This document shows positions 53,460-64,000 of a DNA stretch of 64,000 nucleotides, piece by piece; within the stretch, counting starts at the first letter, position 1; each line of letters begins with the position of its first letter. This DNA comes from Tubulanus polymorphus (taxonomy: Eukaryota; Animalia; Nemertea): assembly GCF_964204645.1 (NCBI RefSeq), contig NC_134028.1, positions 12,695,263 through 12,759,262 on the forward strand, written 5' to 3'. The notes beneath the pieces are model-generated. The model saw nothing but the letters and a program-made list of their open reading frames with translations. It had not been told where the DNA came from and made no database searches. Both the position numbers and the translations under genes were made by a program.

Positions 53460-56400
53460 AAGACACAATAAAACTAGAACACATTTAGAAAATAAATTAA
53501 AGTTAGAATATAAAGATGATGTATTGGAAACTAAATTAGATAAATTAAAGAATGAAAAAGAAACATACAAATGTGATACATGTAATCAATCATTCAGTGA
53601 TAAAAAATATTATAAAGAACATTTAAAATCTAAAAGTCATATTAGAAATATGAATAATGATATTTTAGGTGAAGATTATTTTGATAATGACAATGATAAG
53701 AAACATAAGACAATTAAAAGAATAAGAAATAAATTAAACAATAAAAGACCATACATGGAAGATGTAAGAAATTATGTTAATTCATTAGATAATAAAGAAG
53801 AAATAGAGATAACTGAAGCATTTAAAAGTGATATTGGTCCAGCTGCTATTGAGTTTAAATTTCATAAAGGAAAAACATTAGAAGAAAATAAAAAACATTT
53901 AGAAAATATGAAAAATATTATAGAAATAATCACAGATGTTGAATACCCAAAAAATTAGCATATCTTCTAAAGTAAAGTTTATAAAATCTGAAGATAAACC
54001 AATATATAATATAGATTCTCATTCACAACATATTATTGCAAAACAACATATAGATGATAAATTAGATGATAAATTAGATAAATGTTATGAAGTAAAAACT
54101 AAAATAGAAGAGAAATATTTTGAAGGATCAGGTTTAATATTCGATGAAATAATATTTATGACTTAACATGTTTATAACACAAAATATAATAAGTTAACTA
54201 AATCAAAACCAATTGATGAAAATAATTCATCATATTATAAAGATGATAATATAAATGGATCAAGTTATATTAAACTACCATTTAAAACAAATGCTGTTAT
54301 AAATGTACAAAATGAAGATAATAAATGTTTTCTATGGACAATAATTAGTTGCTTACATCCAGTTGAGGATTATAATAAACATACTTATAGATTAACAAAT
54401 TATAAACAATTTGAAAATAATTATAAGATAGATAATTATCCTGTTAGAATTAAAAATATCCCGAAAGTAGAAAGAGATAATAATCTAAGAATAAATGTAT
54501 TTGATTTAATCAAATTACGAAATACAAAAGGTGATAAAATTGAACATTATACATTAGAACCTTTGTATTTATCAAAAGGTTGTGATTCAAATGGTGTTAT
54601 AGATACATTATATTATGAAAAATTATATGTGGATAAAACAAATCGATTTATTTTTTAGAACAGAAAATAACCACAATAAAATATATCTATGTAGAAAATG
54701 TTTTCATAGATTCAGTAATGAAAGCACATTATTAAATCATAAACAATTATGTGATAATCATGATTATTGTAAAATAGTTTTACCAAATGAAAAGGATAAA
54801 ATATTAGAATTCAAAAAATATGATTACAAGAATAAAGTACCATTTGTTATATATGGAGATTTTGAATCACTAAATAAGGAACTAACTGATCAAGATAGAA
54901 AAGAAATATATTATAAAAGAAAGAAACTAAACTATGAAAATGATTTTTCAGAAGAACCACCAATAACAAATACTATTAAAAAGATTCATCAATCAGCAGC
55001 AGCTTTTGGATTATATATTAAATCTTATTACCCAGAACTAATTAAAAGTGAATATTATAATTACAGAAATGAAAATTTTATCAATCATTTTTGTGATTTA
55101 TTAATCGAGTATGAAATATAATTTTATGAAAAGTTAAATGAAAATAAAGAAATAATTATGACAGAAGATGATAAAGAAGAATTTGAGTTTGCAGATAAAT
55201 GTTATTATTGTGAAAAACTATTTAATTATAAAGATAAAAAAGTAAGAGACCATGATCATTTGAATGGAAAGTTTAGAGGCGCAGCGCAAGAGAATTGTAA
55301 CTTACAAGCTGAGAAAATTAACTTTGTTCCAGTGATATTTCATAATTTATCAGGGTATGATGCTCATTTATTCATCAAACAGTTATGCCATAAAATAGAA
55401 GAAATCAATAATGAAATAGAAAGATTATATAAATAAAAGTTGTATAAAAGTATTATCGGACTTGATAAAAACCACCCGAACTACGTTGAATATAAAAAAT
55501 ATCGTAACGCCTATAATTCTGCTAAAAGAGCAGCAAAGGAAAGATTCTACAGTGAAAAATTAACTAATTTTAGAAATAACGGTAGAAAACTTTGGTCCAC
55601 TATGAAAGATCTTCTCGGAAAAACAAATAATAAAGATTGCATTCCTGATATCTTTAATATAAATGGTAAATTAAGTAATAACAAGCAAGACATTAGTATT
55701 GGTTTTTGTAAATTCTTCAGTTCTGTAGGTCATGAGTTATCAAAAAACTTCCAAAACCAAGAACAGATTTCAAAGATTATATGCCTGATATATAGCAGTA
55801 ACTTGTTTTTATTTCCGACGGATGAAAGTGAAGTTGAAAAAATGATTTATAATTTTGATCCCAAACCGTCCGCGGGTCACGATGATATTAGTAGTATTCT
55901 TTTAAAGCACATCGGTAACACAATTGCAAAACCTCTTGTTACAATTTTTAATAAATCAATAGAAACTGGAATCTTCCCGGATGCATTTAAAATAGCCAGT
56001 GTTACACCTATCTATAAAAGAGACGATAAAAGGAGCTTTGAAAACTATCGACCGATATCACTATTGCCAACCATCTCTAAAATTCTTGAAAAGATAATAC
56101 ACAAGCGATTATATGGCTATTAGGTTAAGTACTCTATCTTATATAAAAGTCAATATGGTTTTAGAACTGACCATGCTACCAGCCATGCTAGCATGGAACT
56201 AATAGGAAATATAATAAAATCATTTGAATCTAACTGTTTTACACTAGCCGCATTTATTGATTTGAGTAAAGCATTCGATTGCCTAAATATTGAATATCCA
56301 ATTCATAAATTATATGTATATGGTATAAGAGGAAACGTTTTGACATGGTTTAAAAGTTACCTAGAAAAGCTCTCAATGTATGTTAACTTCTTCAGTATTC

Positions 56401-59400
56401 AATCTGAAATATCACACATTAACTACGGTATACCTCAAGGTTCCGTATTAGGACCATTACTGTTTTTAGTATACATTAACGATATGCACATGTGTCTGAA
56501 AAAATGTAAACCTATCTTATTCGCCGACGACACGACCGTATATATTAGTGGAAGCTCAAATGATTATCTGATACAATGAAAATGACTTGAATATACTACA
56601 AGATTGGTTTACTGCTAATAATTTAACTGTTAACATTTTTAAAACAAAAGTAATTCTTTTTAAACCAAATAGAATTAAAAATATTAAGAATCAAGATTAT
56701 ACGATAAAAGTAGACAACAAGGAACTTAATTTAGTATCATCAACATGCTTCCTTGGATTACATTTAGACGAGTTTCTTGATTTCAATTTACACATAAAAT
56801 CTGCACCAAAATAGCTAGTCAAATTTATTTAATTAACTCTGTTAAACATTTAGTACCTACATATTGTTTAAGACAACTTTATTTCAGTTATATCCATTGT
56901 CATTTTACGTACTCACTCATCTCATGGGGCCCTCTTATCTTAAAAAGAAACCTGTCCTGATTAGAAAAATTACAGAAAAAAGCCGTTCGGATTATTTCTA
57001 AATCAGCATACAATAGCCCTACATATCCACTCTTTCGCAAATCAAAAATTCTAAAATTCCAAGACATGATCCAGTTAGAAATACTTAGAAACGCATATCA
57101 GCTTATCAACAATGAACTACCAGCACCGATTATAGACTTATTTCAAAAGAATTCGGTATACCATCAGTACAATACTCGTCAGCACAATCATCCCCGAAAC
57201 GCTCACCATAAGAAAAGCATTTATAATAAAAGTTTCCTCAATTTAATCCCAATAATGTGGCAAAACTCCAATAACAACCTTAAATCAAAGAAATCACTAA
57301 ATTCCCTCAAACAATCATTTAAAAGCAATAAACTCTTAAAATACTGAATTTCAAACAATCATTTATCTGAGCCATGTTTACCGTACTGGTATGTTGTGTG
57401 TGAATCTGTGAATGTCTGCATGCTTGTGAAGAATGAGTGTGTGTAGAGTGGGTGCCCAGATCTACAAGCATTTGCTTCACTGGGTTCCTTCATTTGATAT
57501 TGACACATTTTATACTTATTTATATTCATGTATGGATATCATGTTATAAATTGTTTCAATTTCTTTGAAATATAAAGATTATTAGATTAGATTAAATTCA
57601 ACTAGATCAAAAGATAAAACACCAACATATAAATTTAAAATGTTAGCTAAAACATCTGAGAATTATATATCATTCCAATTTGGGTGTCTAAGATTTATAG
57701 ATTCATATGGATTTTTAAATAGTTCATTAGATAATTTATCAAAATCACTAGTTGATGATGAATTAAGAATATTAAAGCAACACTATCCAAATAATGATGA
57801 TTTTCAATCAATGAGATATAAAGGCGCAATTCCATATAGTTTTTATAAATCACATAATGATTTCAATATAACTGAATTATTAAAAGAACAATTTTATAAT
57901 GAATTAACAAATGAATATGTTAAAGATGAAGTCTATAATAGAACATTGAATATTTGGAATCATTTTGGAATGAAAAATCATGGACAATTAGTAGATTTAT
58001 ATTTAAAATCAGATGTATCATTATTATCTGATATATTCGAAAGGTTTAGAGTTGTAAACTTAAAATATTGTAATATTGATCCTTGCCATGGTTATTCATC
58101 ACCAGGGTTAACTTGGGATTGTGGTTTAAAATTTACAGATATAAAAATGGATTTGTTAACAAATATAGATCAATTATTATTATTTGAAACATCTATAAGA
58201 GGAGGAGTTTCAGGTGTATTAGGGGATAGATATTTCAATGTAAATGATAATCCTGGATATAAGTTATTATATATAGATGCAAATAATCTATATGGTTGGG
58301 CAATGATGGAACCTTAGCCTTATGGAGTATTTGAAATAAGTGAAGTTTTACAACATGAAAATAATGATAAATTTGATTGGAAGAAAAGAATTCTAGATAT
58401 TGCAGATGATTCAGATGCTGGTTACTTCTTTGTTGTAAACTTGGAATATCCTGAAGATAAAAAATTTAAATCTAGAAATCTAGCATACTGTCCAGAACAT
58501 AAAACTGTAACGCATGAAGAATTATCAAATTATCAAAAATGAATTAAACCTGAAAATCATATTCATACAGAAAAGTTAATGGTAACTCAGGAAGATAAAT
58601 ATAATTATGTAGTACATTATAGAATGTTGAAGTTTTATTTGAATCTAGGAATGGTTCTAAAAAAAAGTACATAGATATATTTCATTTAGTCAATCTAAAT
58701 GGTTAGAAAAATATATAGATTTTTATCACCAAACAGAGAACTAAAGCTAAAACTGATTTTGAGAAAGATTTCTTCAAACTAATGAATAACGCATTCTATG
58801 GTAAGACTTGTGAAAATATTAGAAATAGAAATGATATTGAGTTAGTTAGTAATGGTAAAAGAATTAGACATTTACAAACATATCCTAAGTTCATAGGTTA
58901 CAGAATATTTGATGAAAATTTAGCTGCAGTTAAAATGAGGAGAACATCTATGAAATTTAATAAACCAATTTATGTTGGAGCTACAGTTATAGAAATATCA
59001 AAGTTATTAATGTATGAATTCTATTATAACGTATTACAACCTCATTTTGGAGAAAAGCATATAGAAATCTTATATTTTTATACAGATTCTTACATATTAA
59101 AGATAAAAACTAATAACATAACGGATGATTTAAAAACATTAAAACATCATTTTGATTTTAGTAATTATCCTAAAGATCATGAATTGTTTAACAATGATAT
59201 AAAAAGGTGCCTGGTAAATTCAAAGATGAATTAGGTGCTGAAGAAATGATTGAATTCATTGGTATTAGATCTAAAATGTATTCATATAAAACTAAAACTC
59301 ATGAATCAAAGAAATTGAAAGGAATTACCAAAAGCGTTGTTGAAAAGAATATTCATTTCAAAGATTACATCAATTGTATATTCAATGAAGAAGTTAGAAA

Positions 59401-59587
59401 ACATAAGATGAGATGTTTAAGATCTGAAGATCATGAAATGTTTAATGAAGAGATAGAGAAGATAAGTCTAAACCCATTTGATGATAAAAGATTGGTTGCT
59501 TATGGTTGTAATTTAGATGAAAACTTAAGATTTAAAATGGAAGAAACAAAAGAGAAGGAAATAATGAACAGGATTCTAACGTGTTAA
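53460..59587 (+). pseudogene. Protein-primed family B DNA polymerase (copy 3), split by a LINE
   Basis: C2H2 finger CDTC..HLKSKSH, VIYGDFES, CYYC..VRDHDH (endonuclease VII-like insert), YLKSDV, RGGVS, YIDANNLYGWAM, MNNAFYGK, YFYTDS (degenerate YxDTDS), KKLKG, DDKR. Confidence 0.92.
55428..57588 (+). mobile_element. 5'-truncated CR1/L2-group LINE inserted in PolB
   Basis: NYRPISLL, FIDLSKAFD, GIPQGSVLGPLLF, FADDT; 3' stem-loop near 57450-57488; (ATTAG)n tail; AGATTA duplicated at 55422 and 57589, whose removal restores IERLNS as in copy 1. Confidence 0.92.
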
Positions 59588-60337
59588 TCAAATTTTAATT
59601 AAAATATGTAATATAAATGGAGAGTAAACAAGCAAACAGTGAGAACAACAAATCATTTCTATATAGAATAAAGGATACTACAAATGTTGTGTCTTTATTG
59701 TCTTTAGTACTTTTAGTACATAAAGAATAAATCTTTATTTTATAAGTACTGAATAAAATTATTTTCAAAACTAATAAACTACTAAAGACAATAAAGACAC
59801 AGATTTATCATTGCTGAAACAGTAATATATAATAAATCTTTGAGATAAACAAATATTACTGAATCAAATATATATAAAAAATCTGTGGAATAAAAAAAAA
59901 TATTATTATTGAAAAAGTAATATATAAAATCTATCAGATGAATAAATATTATTATTGAAAAAGTAATATATAAAATCTATCGGATAAATATATATTATTG
60001 TTGAAACAGTAATATATATATTTATGTCTTTATCTCTTTAAAAGTTTAGTAGTTCTATTTTATTTTTAAAGTATTGATAATATAAAGATTTATTCTTTAT
60101 GTACTAAAAGTACTAAAACTACTTAAGACAATAAAGACATAGAGGGTATTATATTCATATTATAAATCCCTGTCAACCTTTAACCTGAAACAATTTATTC
60201 CCTATTATTCTTGAAATATTAATCTAATAACTTCTAAAATCAATTTTAATTAAAATATTTATTATAAATGGAGAGTAAACAAGCACACAGTGAGAACTAC
60301 AAATCATTTTAGATAGAATAAAGATACTTCAAATGTC
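59586..60337. repeat. Intergenic palindromic region bracketed by a ~100-bp direct repeat of a gene start
   Basis: 59586-59687 matches 60238-60337; inverted blocks ~59689-59750 and ~60080-60140; internal direct repeat aatattattattgaaaaagtaatatataaaatctatc x2. Confidence 0.7.
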
Positions 60338-60619
60338 AAATCAGTAGATTATAAATTTAAGAAGTTAACAGAATTAACAATTCATAAGTAATATCTAATT
60401 ACAAATATTGATACAGTTACTAATAGATATGGTAGTAAATTAGTTATCCACTTAGAATATGAAGGATTGAAAGGAAATACATATAAATTCAGAACATATT
60501 TACCAGATAGATTTCATAGATTATCAAGTGAAGATTTAGAAGAATTATGTTCTGGAGATTTCTATTTCATATACAAAGGTAAGAATGAAAAAGGGCACCA
60601 TGAAATAGATTTCGAATAA
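60268..60619 (+). pseudogene. Small viral ORF, possible OB-fold ssDNA-binding protein
   Basis: FKKLTEL..YLITNIDTVTNRYGSKLVIHL..FRTYLPDRF..FYFIYKG beta-rich pattern next to PolB; stops present; function is inference. Confidence 0.4.
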
Positions 60620-60636
60620 GAAAATATGTAAAATAA

Positions 60637-61394
60637 ATGGTAGAATTAAAAGAATACAGAATATTTGTTGATTCTAGAAGACTTACAAATTATAAATCAC
60701 ATAATTTATTAGTACAATTAGATAGAGAATTTAAGAATTGTGTTGATTTAGAATTAGTAAATGTAAGTTTATGTTACTCATTTTACAATATATCGAATAA
60801 AACTATTGAACATAGAGCCTTTTTAATTTTTGATAAAGGTAAAAATGAATGGTCCTATATATATTTAAAACCAGGGTTATATAATTTAGATACATTGTCA
60901 CAAGAAATTAAAAGAAAAGCCTGGCAAAAATTAGGTAATAATTCCAGGTTTAGTATTAGATTTTTAAAAAGTGATAGTTCTGATAGAATAGAGATAAGGT
61001 TGTCTAATATTGAAAAACATAAATTTATGGTAAAAAACCTATAGCTAAACTGTTAATTCCTCCAGATAGATCTTTTACAAATATTGATGCTGCTACACCA
61101 AACTTAATACCTTACACGCATTTTTATATTTATTGCAATTTAATTGATCCTACAAAAACATTTGAAGCAACTAAAGATATAACTTGTAATTCCGGTTTAT
61201 TGAATATTTTACCGTTGAAGAATGTGAAAGAATTTGGAACGCAAATAAATCATAATTTAGCTGAGTGTGATTTCAAACCATGCATTCCTAAATTTAATAA
61301 TTTTAGATTAGAAATTAGAAATCATAATGGATATTTAATTGATTTGAATAACTTTCCTGTGATATATGAATTAGTTATCAGATGTAGAGAGTAA
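60637..61394 (+). pseudogene. Penton / minor capsid protein-like (single jelly roll), one frameshift near 61044
   Basis: IFVDSR..LELVNVSLCYSFYNI, LKPGLYNL, FYIYCNLI, RLEIRNHNGYLIDLNNFPVIYEL: the motif order typical of Polinton/virophage/NCLDV minor capsid proteins. Confidence 0.7.
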
Positions 61395-61410
61395 TTTTTT
61401 TGATATATAA

Positions 61411-62902
61411 ATGAATATAACAGTAGGGCCGAGCATATGTTTTGGGTTTGATTTTAAACATGGTAAAGAAATGAGAATTAAACTAAATGATGTAATTACT
61501 GATATTAAAAGTAAATCATTTAACAATGCATCAATGATTAATAAAGAAAGTTATAATATAGAAAAAGTAATTGATTTAATTAAAACACCTTTAGAATATT
61601 ATGAATTAAATGAAGTTGGAATTATTGATGATATTAAAAACATATTATCCAAAATGTATGATAATCATAAAAGTAGTAATGAAATAAATGTTAATAATTA
61701 TCACTAGAATAACTAAATACTTTGAAGATAGTAATTTCTTTAATAAATAAATGAGTGATAATAAGTGGATAATTACTGGATTATATAATGGTGCCTCCTA
61801 TCAGTGGGAACTGTTGGTTATTCAATGGTATTAAAAAAAGTATCTAAAATGGGAAGTGTTAATGTTGATAGATTTGATATAAATGATATTTTAAAATTAA
61901 CGCTAGCAGTTACTTTATCTAATTTGACTATTATTTGGAATTTATTTTATTATTTTTTACTAACGATTATTTGGAAAAACGAAAATATATTCCTCCCACA
62001 TAAATGCATAATTTTTTTGCTAAATAAATGGCATCTGCAATTATAACTATCATAGGATCGGCAATTGTTAACGCTTTAGCATTTACTGGTGGTGGATATT
62101 TATCTAAGCATATTGATAAAAATGGTTCATTGTCAGAAATAAAGACATAATTTAGCATTAGAGAAATACAATAAAGCAGCAGAAGAATATAGAGAAAAGA
62201 GACAAAACTATATGGATTATATTAACAAGGAATTATATGATCAGAAGATTTCACATAGAGATTTTCAATCAGTTGATGATGCAATGAGTTTATATAACGC
62301 AGTAACCAATAAAGAAAAATTACATCTATACAAACCTAAATTATCAGATTATTATACCCCAAGTAAAGAACAACAGAAATATGAAATAATTTGGATTTTA
62401 GGTGGAACTGTTATTGTTATATTTGTAGCATATAAATTTACTAATTAGTAATTTCTTTTCTAAATAAATGGATGATAAAGTTGATAATATTGATATAATT
62501 CCTCATGATATAAATAAAACTAAATTAGAATTATATTTGGAAAAACAAAAATTAGAATTTGAAAGTGACTTAAAAATAAAAAAGAAAAAATATTTAAAAA
62601 GTAAAATTATATATTATTTTATTATCAGTGGTTCAGTTACAATTAGTTCTGTAATAACATTTTTAGTAATATTCAGTCCATTAACACCTTTAGCTATATC
62701 AATTTGCGTGCTAGGATTATCATCAAGTGTTTTAACTGGTATAAGTTCAAAATTAAATATAAAAAGTAATAAAGAAAAAATCAAAACTAGTACAAAAGAA
62801 ATTAATAAATAAAAAAATACACTAGATTATATAATAAGTTTAAATGGAAATATTACAGTTGAAGAACAAGATAAATTATTAAAAGAATTAATAAATTATT
62901 AA
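61411..62902 (+). pseudogene. Cassette of four small viral ORFs, three with hydrophobic segments (copy 3)
   Basis: Starts at 61411, 61751, 62028 and 62468; hydrophobic stretches IITIIGSAIVNALAFTGGG, IIWILGGTVIVIFVAY, IIYYFIISGSVTISSVITFLVIF, LAISICVLGLSSSVL. Confidence 0.7.
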
Positions 62903-62918
62903 TTTTTTAATTATATAA

Positions 62919-64000
62919 ATGGGGTTTCCAAAAGCTTTCCAATATAATAAATCAATTAAATATAATATCCCTGCAATAGATTTTAATAAAGATATTTCAT
63001 GTAGAAATGAAGTTTTAGATTCATTAATTGATTTAGAAATTTATGTTACTGAAACTAATAATTTTAATGTTAAAATGGAAAATATATTTCATGTGTATAC
63101 AATTAATTTTAAAAATTCAAATGAGGCAAAACAATGGTTATTAAAATCTAATATGAAATATTGTCAGAACCAATTAAATTTTGCAGTTTATTGTGCAACA
63201 ACAGGGTGCGGTATTAGTTGGAATAGATCATTTAGATAAACCAAGTTTACCATTGATGTTATCACTTTTTAGATTTCATACATATTTTCAAATAAAATTA
63301 ATATTAGATGAATTAGAATGTTCTTTACCAGGTTCAAAATACTTTAATGAACTAAATAATAATATTAATTTTTCTAAGTTTTATAAAATATGTAATGAAT
63401 TTAATATTAATTCAAATAATGATTTTAGATCAAAAATTGGAACATTGGGTGGATTAGGAATATTATATACTAAAGAATTTGGAAAAATAATGACAAATAC
63501 AGATATAAGAACACTAAATTGGAATGAATTACCAAAATATTGTAATAATATACAACAACAAAATAATAATGGTTGGATTAATTTCATTTTAGAAAATAGT
63601 GAAGGTTTTACAAAATCAGGCATACAAAGAATAAATCAATCAATTAGAACTTATTTGATTTGTATTTTAGGTGCGCAAGTTGAAACAAGATCACCAATAG
63701 TTGGAAATGATAACACTTCATTTGATGCGCAGAAACAATTCAAAGTATTATTTGAAGATTCCATTCATAATGATAAAAATAGATCGATTCCAGAAAACAT
63801 TGTAAGATATCAAAATTATTTAGATAAATCACATATTAGATTAAATTATTGTATAGGCCCTAATCTATTAATTATTTCTAATGATTTAGTATTAAAGATG
63901 GGAAATATAATTGGTTATAATAATCTAATTAAAACTGCAACAATAAATAATTCATTTGGATCGAATGATATAAATAAAAAGATAATTATTGCTCCAAAAT
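62919..64000 (+). pseudogene. Larger viral ORF of unknown function, one frameshift, truncated by the window end
   Basis: MGFPKAF..QLNFAVYCATTGCGISW, continuing in another frame as SLFRFHTYFQ..LPG..GIQRINQSIRTYLICILGAQVETRS. Confidence 0.6.

Larger units (their letters stand above)
53460..64000 (+). mobile_element. Endogenous pPolB virus-like element, copy 3; 5'-clipped and running off the window
   Basis: PolB followed by seven different tightly packed co-oriented ORFs; homologous to copy 1. Confidence 0.85.

Overview
AT-rich, repeat-dense animal genomic DNA with spliceosomal introns; an invertebrate is likely, but the taxon cannot be fixed from this window. One host gene is recognisable: RPL38 on the + strand. 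Its coding exons (10409-10411, 14038-14098, 18556-18678, 26039-26064) give a complete 70-aa protein, there is a probable 5'TOP first exon near 5242-5267, and its TE-filled introns hold a candidate C/D snoRNA. The region 1-34 kb carries two near-identical RTE-X-like LINE copies, several MITE/Helentron-type repeats, a piggyBac remnant and a structurally complete DIRS1-type retrotransposon nested inside two other repeats. The region 35-64 kb is dominated by several decayed copies of an endogenous linear-dsDNA-virus-like (Polinton/adintovirus-related) element. It encodes a Zn-finger protein-primed PolB, a putative double-jelly-roll major capsid protein, a penton-like protein and a cassette of small hydrophobic ORFs. 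No integrase, packaging ATPase or protease is visible. It has hairpin/shared termini and a conserved T-tract+TAAATG gene-start signal resembling poxvirus late promoters. These copies are interrupted by a hammerhead-bearing Penelope-type insert, a minisatellite amplified from the viral penton ORF, a BEL/Pao LTR remnant and a CR1/L2-group LINE. All calls were made by eye, without database searches.
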